Below the pieces are notes generated by a model that made no database searches, was not told the origin of the DNA, and was given only the letters and a program-made list of their open reading frames with translations. A program made the position numbers and the translations under genes. From an uncultured Acidobacteriaceae bacterium (GTDB lineage: Bacteria; Acidobacteriota; Terriglobia; Terriglobales; Acidobacteriaceae): DNA of 64,000 nt. Positions 11,267-20,490 of this stretch are shown here, one piece after another; position 1 is the first letter of the stretch, and every line of letters starts with the position of its first letter. Where the stretch lies: the NCBI GenBank assembly GCA_963737665.1, contig CAVTTW010000017.1:161759-225758 (forward strand), written 5' to 3'.

Positions 11267-13606
11267 CTATTTGCCGGTATTCAATAACCGGGCCGCGCCT
11301 ATGCTGGTGGTGCCAACGATGTCCGGCGCACCATCCCCGTTCACGTCCAGAACGACGGCCTGCCCCATGTTGCCCTGATAGTAGGTCGGCGAGTTGTTGA
11401 GAGCGCCGCCGCCGGCGCCGGGGAGTAAGACCAGATCACCGGCGTATTGAAACATTCCCGGAATGGCCACGTCCATCTTGCCGTCGCGGTTGAAATCGCC
11501 CGTGATGATCGCGCTGTTGGTGCTGACCAGTGGAGCAGCGATGGCGTAATTGGTGCTCGTGAACCCATAGTTGCCCGTCGCCGACAACTCGACAGTCAGG
11601 TTAAGTTGTTGCGTCGGCCCGGCATATCCGGAGATCGTCGTGTAGAGGATGTCGGTGCGATGGTCGTCATTCATGTCGGCCGTGATGAGCGCGGTGGCAT
11701 AAGCGGGAAGCGCCTTCTGACTGACGACGTGGAACGAGCCGTTACTGTAGCCGGCCAGGACATAGAGAGATCCCGGCGACGTGTAACTCAGCAGGGTGGA
11801 GTTGTAGGTGTTGGTCGCCACTGCCAGGCCAATGGTGCCGGTGTTGTTGAAGTCGCCGGGCGCCAGAGCCACGACGCCGGAGATGGTGGATGGCAGCGCG
11901 ATGGGAGCTTTGAATTGCCCATTGCCTTCGCCCAGAGCGACGCCCCAGTCGCCGATCAGATCCAGCTTGCCGTCCTTGTTCACGTCGACCAGGTAGACCT
12001 GGTTGCTTTCGGTGCTGGCGTTCGGCGCACCCAGCAGGTGATAGCCCACGGGCGTCTCAAAGGTTCCATCGCCACGGCCGAGCAGAACCGCAACATCGTC
12101 GTTGCTGTTGGTTGTCTCGTTGTTGGAGGTGTTGTTGATCAGTTGAGGATTGCGCGCGACGACGAGATCGATGTGTCCATCGTTGTTGATATCGCCGGCG
12201 GCAATCATCCCGCGGTTCACCGGGATGGTGTAAGTCACCGGTGCGGCGAAGTGGTTCTTGCCCGTGCCGAGGAACACCGTCACGCTGGTGGCCGTGCAGC
12301 TGATGCACAGCGGCTCGTTCACCACCGCGATATCGGCAATGCCGTCATGATTGAAGTCCGCAGTGACAATGGAACCGGGATTGGGGGTCTGGCTGATCAC
12401 AGGCGCCTTGAATCCACCGGAGCCGTCTCCGAGCGCCAGGGCAGCCACTCCGGTGCCGTTCCCTTCGGCGAGTACGTCAAGCGCGCCGTCGTTATTGAAA
12501 TCGGCGAAGGCCGATGGCGGGGCGGGCGCGAATTCAAAGCTGTTTCCGTACGCATCGACCACGTTGTATGCCTTGGGACTGCTGAATGTGCCGTTGCCGT
12601 TGCCGAGGTAAGTGGCCACGGTAAGGGTGTTGGATTGGGACGTGAGAGCGATGTCGAGCTTGCCGTCTTTGTTCAGGTCGCCAACGTAGACCCCTTCGGG
12701 CACCGGCAGTCCGTTCACCGGCGTCTGCGAACTGCTCACATTGGTGTAGAACTCGGTATTCAGCGTGGCGCCAGTGGCAAAGGCGCCATTGCCCTGGCCA
12801 AGCAGAATCGTACCGCTCTGCGCTGTGACCACGACAAGGTCCTGATGACCGTCCTTGTTGAAGTCGCCGATGCCGACGACGATCGGAGACAGGTTATAGG
12901 TGTTGCCTGCTGTGAAACTGCCGTCGCCCTTGCCAATAAGGATCTGCACTTCGAAGTTGTTCTCCACTACCAGGTCGGGAATGCCGTCTCCATTGAAGTC
13001 GGCGGCTCCGAAGAGGTGGCCGCCAACCAGACTGTTGTAAGTCGGGCCCGCGGTGAAGTTTCCGCCCCCTGCATTGAGAAACGTCTGGAGGTATGCGTCA
13101 CCGTATTGGTCGCTGGAGACGGTCACAACATCGGGCTTCCCGTCGTGATTGACATCGGATACCAGAACAAAAACGTCCAGCACACCCCCGCCGAGGTTGA
13201 AGGGCGTCTTTGCAGTGAAAGTGCCGTTGCCATTGCCCAGGTAGATAGTGAGTGTCGGTGGGCCGCTCGGGTCGCCATTGCTGTCCGCCGGTGCGGAGAT
13301 GACGGTGGCGATGTCTGCTTTGCCGTCTCCGTTGAGATCGGCAACCGCACTCGCTACGTAGCCGGATGGAGCAGACGTGTAGGGCTTCGCAGTGAACGTG
13401 CCGTCGCTGTTCTGCAGCATGACGGTGTTGCCGGTGAGGTAATCGAGCCGGCCATCGTTGTTGAAGTCCGCGACTCCATAGACAGGCTGGGCGTAGGTGG
13501 TTGAGGCGACGTTCTGGCTGGACACAAACTGCTGCGCTGAGGCGGCAGGTGTGAGGTTGAGACAAACTGCAGTCAGGGGAAGAAGAAGAATCACACTGAT
13601 TTTCAT
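11267..13606 (-). CDS. Secreted FG-GAP/VCBS repeat protein (probably a double beta-propeller)
   Basis: Signal peptide; many DxNxDGxxD repeats each followed by LGNGNGTF-like turns. Confidence 0.9.
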   Translation of the reverse strand: MKISVILLLPLTAVCLNLTPAASAQQFVSSQNVASTTYAQPVYGVADFNNDGRLDYLTGNTVMLQNSDGTFTAKPYTSAPSGYVASAVADLNGDGKADIATVISAPADSNGDPSGPPTLTIYLGNGNGTFTAKTPFNLGGGVLDVFVLVSDVNHDGKPDVVTVSSDQYGDAYLQTFLNAGGGNFTAGPTYNSLVGGHLFGAADFNGDGIPDLVVENNFEVQILIGKGDGSFTAGNTYNLSPIVVGIGDFNKDGHQDLVVVTAQSGTILLGQGNGAFATGATLNTEFYTNVSSSQTPVNGLPVPEGVYVGDLNKDGKLDIALTSQSNTLTVATYLGNGNGTFSSPKAYNVVDAYGNSFEFAPAPPSAFADFNNDGALDVLAEGNGTGVAALALGDGSGGFKAPVISQTPNPGSIVTADFNHDGIADIAVVNEPLCISCTATSVTVFLGTGKNHFAAPVTYTIPVNRGMIAAGDINNDGHIDLVVARNPQLINNTSNNETTNSNDDVAVLLGRGDGTFETPVGYHLLGAPNASTESNQVYLVDVNKDGKLDLIGDWGVALGEGNGQFKAPIALPSTISGVVALAPGDFNNTGTIGLAVATNTYNSTLLSYTSPGSLYVLAGYSNGSFHVVSQKALPAYATALITADMNDDHRTDILYTTISGYAGPTQQLNLTVELSATGNYGFTSTNYAIAAPLVSTNSAIITGDFNRDGKMDVAIPGMFQYAGDLVLLPGAGGGALNNSPTYYQGNMGQAVVLDVNGDGAPDIVGTTSIGAARLLNTGK

Positions 13607-13938
13607 TGACGCCTGTCCGGGAAGAACACCCTGAAAATTTCAGATGTGAAATTACCCGCAGAAGTTATCCGTTCGCCACCCGTTGCCGGAGGCCCGCCGG
13701 GCGCTCGATTGAAAACCGGCCGGGCTAACTTCTTCAGTCGGAGAGCCAACATGATCAAAGCGCAATCTATTTCGTCCCACGACAGGACGCCAGCGTGGGT
13801 CTGGAGTGCACGCACCACACCGCCGCGCGGCGATCTTGGCGGGGCTTGCCGCTCTACGCCCGCGCACCTGTGCTGTAAATCCTTCCCGACTTACGGAATC
13901 AACCATTTTGCCGATGAGATGACTCGAGGGGATTTCTC

Positions 13939-15609
13939 ATGACCTGGACGATACGGCGGAAGCTCTCCCTGACCTTCAGCCTGATTGCAGTGATGATTTT
14001 GAGCGGCACGGCCTTTGAGCACCTGGCGCGGTCTCGCGCTGAAGCCACGCAGCGGGTGATGACCAGCAACGACAGCCTGCTCTACGACCTGCAGTACCTG
14101 ATTGCATACGTCCGAGGGGTGACAGTGGTTTCGCGCGCCTATCTGATCTCCGGCGACGAGCGCGACATTGCCGGCATCCCGGCCATGCGCAGCGACGCAG
14201 ACGCGGTCGCGGTGCGGGTGCAGGCTGCGATTGCAGGCGACCCGGAACAGGTTGCGCACTTCGGCCGCTACCTTGAAGCGGTGCGCCAGCGCCGCGTCTT
14301 TGTGAACAAGGAAAATGCAGCGCGCAAGGAGCAGGGATTCGAAGCTGCCAAGGCGGTCTTCGATACCGGTGAGGATACGCGGCTGCTGAACGTGATTGAG
14401 GGCGAGTTTGCCGCGATGAAGGCCGCGGGGCAGGCCAGGATGAAGGAGACGGAGGAGGCCAACCAGCGGCTGCAACGGCGCGTGTCGCTGGGCGAGATCA
14501 TGATCGTGGCTCTCTCCGTGCTGTTGCTGGCCGGCATTGCAGTAACCCTGACGCGGTCGATCGTGAGCAACGTGCAGATCGCGGTGGACATGGTGGGCGC
14601 GCTGGCGCAGAAGGATTTATCCGGGACTGACGGTCAGCCTGCCAGCAGTGATGAACTGGCGGAGGCCATCCGGGCCATCAATTGCATGAAGGGAGCCATG
14701 ACCAACGCTCTGGTCGAAGTGGCGCATTCCTCGTCGCAGGTGACGGCCGCCGGGGCAGAGATCGAGTCCACTACCCGACAGATAGCGGAAACGACGCATG
14801 TGGAGCAGAGGAATGTGGAGCATTTTGCTTCTTCTCTGGCGGAGATGAGCGCTGCGGTGCGGGATGTGGCCGAGCACTCGGAACGGGCGGCGGGTGCAGC
14901 CGGCGAGGCCGTTTCCACGGCTATTAGCGGACGCGACCTCGTGCGCGATACGCAGGCTGCGATGCGCCGCATCAGTGAATCGGTGCACAAGGCGTCGACG
15001 GATATGGCCACCCTTGGCCAGGAGACGCAGAGTATCGGCGATGTGGTCAAGATGATCCAGGAGATAGCCGGACAAACCAACCTGCTGGCGTTGAATGCCG
15101 CCATCGAGGCGGCGCGGGCGGGCGAGCAGGGCAAGGGCTTCGCGGTCGTAGCCCAGGAGGTGCGGGTACTGGCCGAGCGGACAACCAAGTTTACCGAGGA
15201 GATTGCCGCCAAGGTCCGTTCCGTTCAGGAGGGGGCAGTATGCGCGGTCGAGTCGATGCGCCAGGGAGAAGCGGTAGTCAGTGACGGCGTCGGGCAGTTC
15301 AACCGGGTTTCGTCGGCGCTCGATGCGATCACGCAGAGGGTGGAGACGGCACAGCAGGGCATCGCAATGATTGCGACCGCGACCACTCAACAGTCCTCCG
15401 CCACCGCGGGTTTAACGGAGACTATCCATATGATCTCCAACGAGGTCTGTGCGACCTCCCAACAGGTGGACCAGGCGGCGCTGGCGTGCGCCGAACTGGC
15501 CCATCTGGCTGCCGGCCTGCAGCAGGTCGTGGACGGGTTCAGGCTGCCCCGGCAGAGGCCAGAGGTGATGGGAAACGGCCCGGAACGCCGTCCCCGCCGG
15601 GCCGCGTAG
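13939..15609 (+). CDS. Methyl-accepting chemotaxis protein (periplasmic four-helix/CHASE3-like sensor, HAMP domain)
   Basis: Two TM helices; [34 protein letters not shown] signature. Confidence 0.95.
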   Translation: MTWTIRRKLSLTFSLIAVMILSGTAFEHLARSRAEATQRVMTSNDSLLYDLQYLIAYVRGVTVVSRAYLISGDERDIAGIPAMRSDADAVAVRVQAAIAGDPEQVAHFGRYLEAVRQRRVFVNKENAARKEQGFEAAKAVFDTGEDTRLLNVIEGEFAAMKAAGQARMKETEEANQRLQRRVSLGEIMIVALSVLLLAGIAVTLTRSIVSNVQIAVDMVGALAQKDLSGTDGQPASSDELAEAIRAINCMKGAMTNALVEVAHSSSQVTAAGAEIESTTRQIAETTHVEQRNVEHFASSLAEMSAAVRDVAEHSERAAGAAGEAVSTAISGRDLVRDTQAAMRRISESVHKASTDMATLGQETQSIGDVVKMIQEIAGQTNLLALNAAIEAARAGEQGKGFAVVAQEVRVLAERTTKFTEEIAAKVRSVQEGAVCAVESMRQGEAVVSDGVGQFNRVSSALDAITQRVETAQQGIAMIATATTQQSSATAGLTETIHMISNEVCATSQQVDQAALACAELAHLAAGLQQVVDGFRLPRQRPEVMGNGPERRPRRAA

Positions 15610-15731
15610 GACGGGCTGATGGGCATGTACGGGGTTCGGTTCGCGGGGTCGGGTTTCGCGTACACTGGAAGCCTCTGCGAGACCAGGCGGTTTTGCCCTG
15701 GTCCACCACTGCACACGCGAAGAGGTATGCC

Positions 15732-17138
15732 ATGCATCCGGTTCATGACTCGGCGGGCTTAGCCGCTCTTGACCGCGCCTCGGTGCTTCATCCGGCCACC
15801 AATGCCCACGACTTTGCTTCCGGGAAGGCGGCGTCTACCGTCATCGATACGGGAGCGGGCATTCGCATCCGCGATGTCGACGGGCGGGAACTGATCGATG
15901 CGTTTGCCGGCCTTTACTGCGTCAACATCGGCTATGGGCGCACCGAGGTAGCCGACGCGATCGCGCGGCAGGCGCACCAGCTGGCCTACTACCACACCTA
16001 TGCCGGGCATTCGACGGAGGAGCTGATCCGGTTGTCGGACCGGCTGGTGCGCATGGCGCCGGGCAAAGCGAGCAAGGTCTTCTATGGCACGTCGGGATCG
16101 GATGCCAACGAGACCCAGGCCAAGCTGGTCTGGTATTACCACAACCTGATCGGCAAGCCCAGGAAGAAGCGCATCATCGCCCGCGAGCGCGGCTACCACG
16201 GCAACACGGTGATGGCGGGGTCGATGACGGGGCTGAGCCTCTATCACAGCCTGATGGACCTGCCGGTGCCGGCGATTCTGCGCACCGGGGCGCCGCACGC
16301 CTATTGGGGCGCTGAGCCGGGCGAGACAGACGAGCAGTTCTCGGCGCGGCGCGCGGCAGAGCTTGAAGCGCTGATCGTGCGCGAAGATCCCGAAACCATC
16401 GGCGGCTTTATCGGCGAGCCGGTGCTTGGGACGGGCGGCCTGGTGCCCCCTCCTGCGGGATACTGGGCGGCGGTGCAGGCGGTGCTGCGCAAATACGAGA
16501 TCCTGCTCATCGCCGATGAGGTGATCACGGGGTTCGGGCGTACGGGACGGATGTTCGGCAGCGAGACCTATGGAATCGAGCCCGACCTTGTCACAGTCGC
16601 CAAGGGGATCACGTCGGCCTATGCTCCGTTGTCGGCATCGATTCTCAGCGAGCGGGTGTTCCGGGTGATCGAGGAAGGTGCGGAGACAGCGGGCATCTTT
16701 CCCCACGGGTATACATACACCGGGCATCCGATCAGCGTGGCCGCGGCCAACGCCAATCTCGATATCGTGGAGCGCGAAGACCTGGCCGGCAATGCGGGTG
16801 CGGTAGGCGCCTACATGCTGGAGCTGCTGCACGAGGCCTTTGACGGCCTGCCGATCACGGGCGAGGTACGCGGGGTGGGACTCATGCTGGCGGTGGACTT
16901 TGTCGCCGATCCGGCGACGCGGCGAAAGCTCGATCCGGCGCTCAAGGTGGCCTACCGTGTATCGACGGCGGCGCGGGAGCGAGGCGTGATCACGCGGGCC
17001 ATGCCCCAGAGCGAGGCGGTGGGGTTTGCGCCGCCACTCATTCTTTCACGCGAAGACGCGGAAGAGATCGTGGCGCTCGTGGCTTCAGCGGCGCGCCAGG
17101 TGGTGGAAGAGCTGGCGCGGGAGACGGTGCTGGCGTAG
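15732..17138 (+). CDS. Class III PLP aminotransferase (omega-amino acid/amine transaminase)
   Basis: DAFAGLYCVNIGYG, SGSDANE, LLIADEVITGFGRTG, VAKGITS and HGYTYTGHP; start placed at ATG 15732 behind AGAGG. Confidence 0.92.
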   Translation: MHPVHDSAGLAALDRASVLHPATNAHDFASGKAASTVIDTGAGIRIRDVDGRELIDAFAGLYCVNIGYGRTEVADAIARQAHQLAYYHTYAGHSTEELIRLSDRLVRMAPGKASKVFYGTSGSDANETQAKLVWYYHNLIGKPRKKRIIARERGYHGNTVMAGSMTGLSLYHSLMDLPVPAILRTGAPHAYWGAEPGETDEQFSARRAAELEALIVREDPETIGGFIGEPVLGTGGLVPPPAGYWAAVQAVLRKYEILLIADEVITGFGRTGRMFGSETYGIEPDLVTVAKGITSAYAPLSASILSERVFRVIEEGAETAGIFPHGYTYTGHPISVAAANANLDIVEREDLAGNAGAVGAYMLELLHEAFDGLPITGEVRGVGLMLAVDFVADPATRRKLDPALKVAYRVSTAARERGVITRAMPQSEAVGFAPPLILSREDAEEIVALVASAARQVVEELARETVLA

Positions 17139-17256
17139 AGCATTTTTCGGAATACACGTGGGATTTTTTTGAGAGCATTGAGAGGTGGCTTTTTCTTGAG
17201 GAAAAAGCCACTTAGCATCGTGCTTTCGGTCTACACCAATTCCGAAAAGTGCGATA
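17136..17256. mobile_element. MITE-like palindromic element
   Basis: Imperfect 18-bp terminal inverted repeats TAGAGCATTTTTCGGAAT / ATTCCGAAAAGTGCGATA with TA ends; perfect internal stem GTGGCTTTTTC/GAAAAAGCCAC; AT-rich compared with its flanks. Confidence 0.5.
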
Positions 17257-17263
17257 GGCCGCG

Positions 17264-18313
17264 CTATTTCGCTGGACTTGTCGCATTGCCGCCGGCTGGC
17301 TGGTCGTAGTAGGACGCTGAGGTGCGCGCGGTCAGATCGGGCTTGGCAATCTTGACGTGCAACTCATGGTATTCGCCGGGGTGCTCGGGAGCCGGGGCAT
17401 CGAAGGAAAGCTGGTAGTAAGATCCGGCGTCATGCATGGCGGTATTGAGTTCGCCCTTGATGTCGTGACCCGCGGTGATAGCGCGGCCGCCGGAGTGTTC
17501 GGCCAGGACTTGCAGCGCCAGGTAGGGGTACTCGGCCTGGCTTACTTTCGATACGCCTTTGAGATAGTTCTGGTAGTAGAAGGGATCTGTGCGGCCCAAT
17601 TCAAACGGGTCGAGGCTGTAAAGCGTGATCTGCGCCTGGCGCAGCCCATTGGTGACCTCAGCGATGGAGTTATAGGTCGCGCTGCGGGCCTTGTTGTCCT
17701 CATATTCGCCGGCATAGGGAAGCAAGAGCCAGCCGGGGCTGATGACCACAACCATCTTGCGGCCGGGCTGGGTTCCTTCATAGGCGATCATCTGGCCCAG
17801 TTGCTGAAGGGACATCTGCAGGCGTTCGGCCGCGCCGTAGAAGCCGGCGCCACGTCCCACGGTGCGCAGGTCGGTCTGAAATTTTTCAAAGCTCGCCAGC
17901 AGCGCCTGGCCGTCGGTGCTGGAGTTGTTCATCATCTTCAGTCCCGACTCAGTCAAGGCGCCGAGGGAGGTGGGATAGCCGAGATGGCCGCCGTCCTCTT
18001 TCAGGAATTCCCCCAGTTGCTCGCGCTCGCGGGCGACCACGCCGAAGTCCGAGTTGATCATGTCGATGAGCACCACGATGCGGGTCATTTCTCCGCCCGC
18101 GTTCGCATCGATGGCGTGGAAGCCAGTGAGCTTTGCGGGCTGGCCGTTGTCGAGGACGGTGAAATCCTGCTCCTGCAAGCCGCGAACCGGGTGGCCGAGC
18201 TTGTCTTCGACGACGACGTTGATGTTGATGGGTTGGGATTGGGCGTGAATGGACGGGCCCGTGAGTGCGAAGAGGGTCACGCATGCGGTTGCGACAACGC
18301 GAAGGGGTTTCAT
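17264..18313 (-). CDS. VWFA-related Acidobacterial domain protein
   Basis: Signal peptide; VVVEDKLGHPVRGLQEQDFTVLDNG, PGRKMVVVISPG, LAEHSGG and YYQLSF..YHELHVK. Confidence 0.85.
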   Translation of the reverse strand: MKPLRVVATACVTLFALTGPSIHAQSQPININVVVEDKLGHPVRGLQEQDFTVLDNGQPAKLTGFHAIDANAGGEMTRIVVLIDMINSDFGVVAREREQLGEFLKEDGGHLGYPTSLGALTESGLKMMNNSSTDGQALLASFEKFQTDLRTVGRGAGFYGAAERLQMSLQQLGQMIAYEGTQPGRKMVVVISPGWLLLPYAGEYEDNKARSATYNSIAEVTNGLRQAQITLYSLDPFELGRTDPFYYQNYLKGVSKVSQAEYPYLALQVLAEHSGGRAITAGHDIKGELNTAMHDAGSYYQLSFDAPAPEHPGEYHELHVKIAKPDLTARTSASYYDQPAGGNATSPAK

Positions 18314-18479
18314 TCAGAATCCTTTGGCTGGCGGGAGCCGTGCATGGCCGTCCAGCATAAAGACTTAGAGTGCAGGACTGGCTCTCCGGTAACCGGAAGA
18401 ATTTGCACGGGCGCGGTTTGCCTGCGTACGGCACAGGCAAACGAGAGCGCGACGCGGGGGAGGAGCGTCAACATCCAAC

Positions 18480-20291
18480 TCAGAAACCGGGCGGATGGTC
18501 GGCGGCAACGTTGAAGGCGGCTTCGAGGGCCATGCCTGCCTGGGCGACAGTGCCTTCCTCGAAGAGGCGGCCGATGAGGGTGACGCCGTGGGGAACGCGG
18601 CGCGGGGGAGAGAATTTTGGCAACGGATGGGCGGGATCGGGAGCCCAGTCGCTGCGCGCTTCCGAGACCTCGACGAAGCCGGCGCGAAGGGTGAGCGAGG
18701 GATGGCCGGTGAAGTTGGTGATGACCAGCATCTCGTCGCGCAGGGAGGGCACCAGCAGCAGATCGACTTCGGAGAAGACACGCGCCATCTCTTCGGCGAC
18801 CTTGCGGCGGAACCGGTCGGTCTGCACGAAGTCGACGGCGGAGAGGAAGCGCGACTGGCGGAAGACGTTGGGCCACGCGTCGGGGACCTGGGCTTTGAGC
18901 TGGTCGACTTTGTGGGTGAGCGCGAGCTCATCAAAGGAGGCGGCGGCTTCGGCAAAGAGGATGAGGTTGAGGGAGTCGTAAGGCCAGTCGGGGATGGCGA
19001 CCTCGACCGGGACCATGCCCAGTTTCTTGACCGTTTCCAGGGCGGCGCGATCGACGTCGGTGGCCGGGCTTTCCTTCATCCAGGCGGGAAAGTAGCCGAC
19101 GCGGCAGGCCGGCGACGTCGGCGCCGGCGTGGAAGTGAGAGAGTGCTGGGGACGCTGGCAAGGTCGCCGGAATCGGGGCCGGAGATGGCGTTGAGCACCA
19201 GCATGGCGTCTTCGACGCTGCGCGCCATGGGGCCGAGCTTGTCGAGCGACCAGCACAGGGTCATCGCGCCGGTGCGGGGTACGCGGCCGTAGGTGGGGCG
19301 CAGGCCGGTAACGCCGCAGCGCATGGAGGGGCTGACGATGCTGCCGCCGGTTTCGCTGCCGATGGCGAAGCCGACCAGGCCGGCGGCGGTCGCCGCGCCA
19401 GGACCGGCGCTGGAGCCGGACGAGCCTTCTTCGAGCAGCCAGGGATTCATGGTTTGTCCGCCGAACCAGATATCGTTGAGGGCGAGCGCGCCCAAGCTAA
19501 GCTTGGCGATGAGCACCGCGCCCGCGGCGTTGAGGCGGGCGACCACGGCGGCGTTGGCCTTGGGGACGCGGTCGCGGTACGGCTCTGCTCCGTAGGTGGT
19601 GGGGATGTTGGCGGTGTCGAGCAGGTCCTTGGCCCCCCAGGGAATGCCGTGCAGGGGACCGCGATAGTGGCCGGCGGCGATCTCGGTGTCGGCCTGGCGC
19701 GCCTGGGAGAGCGCGTGTTCGCGGGTGAGAGTGATAACGCAGTGCAGCTTGGGATCGAACCGCTCGATGCGGGCGAGATAGATCTGGGTGAGCCGCTCGG
19801 AGGTCAGGGCGCGGCTCTCGATCCAGCGGGAAAGCTGATGCACGGGAGCATAGGCGATCTCTTCGTCGCTGCCGGGCAGAGGAAGGCCGGGATCGGCGCT
19901 GCGCACGAAGGTATTGGTCTGCGTGGCTTCGCGCTTGTGGGGCAGGATGCCGGGCTGGGCGGGATTCCAGAGGGTGGCGGGCGCCAGCGTGGGCTCGAGG
20001 GCCAGCTTGCGGGGGCCGGTGCGCAGTTCATAGTTGGGCGCCATCTGCATGCGCCAGTTGCCGGCCGCCTGCGCGCGGTCTTTCGGGCGTCATCTCGATC
20101 TGGACCAGCTTTTCGGCCTCGGCAAAGGTGGCGGCGGAGACTTCAGGGCCGACCGGAGGCGTGGTGCCAAAGGCGGTGGGCGCACCGGGGGTTGTGGACT
20201 GGCTGGGAGCCTGGGCCGACGCAGCTTCGACGGCGGCGCTCAGGATTCCCAGGGAGGTGACGGTCAAAAACTCGCGGCGCGTGCCCGGCAT
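18480..20291 (-). CDS. Tat-exported amidase-signature enzyme; frameshifts near 20080 and 19140
   Basis: MPGTRREFL Tat motif; GPLHGIPWGAKD, GSSGSSAG and GSETGGSIVSPS amidase signature. Confidence 0.9.
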
Positions 20292-20423
20292 GGGGGATTT
20301 CCTCGATCGCTGATTGGTGGCTGGGTTGAGGGGAAAAACGACTCCTTCAATAGACGCTTGGGAAGCGGTGCAGGGTACATGCGATTTGAGTTTTACCTGG
20401 GTGATGCACGACCGGCGCCGAAT

Positions 20424-20462
20424 AGAGGTTCTGCGACTCTCCCTTCGGTCGCTCAGTATGAC
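20424..20462. repeat. REP-like short palindrome
   Basis: Minus strand reads GTCATACTGAGCGACCGAAGGGAGAGTCGCAGAACCTCT, resembling the GTCATCCTGAGCG..GAAG..GTCGAAGGAC REP family. Single copy in this window. Confidence 0.4.
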
Positions 20463-20490
20463 GGCGTACCCGCGCGACGAGCAGTCACCT

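Noticed and set aside
10517-11287. Short ORFs over 10.5-11.3 kb
   Set aside because: They overlap the RNase P RNA gene.
11447-13504. 685-aa plus-strand ORF
   Set aside because: Antisense shadow of the FG-GAP gene.
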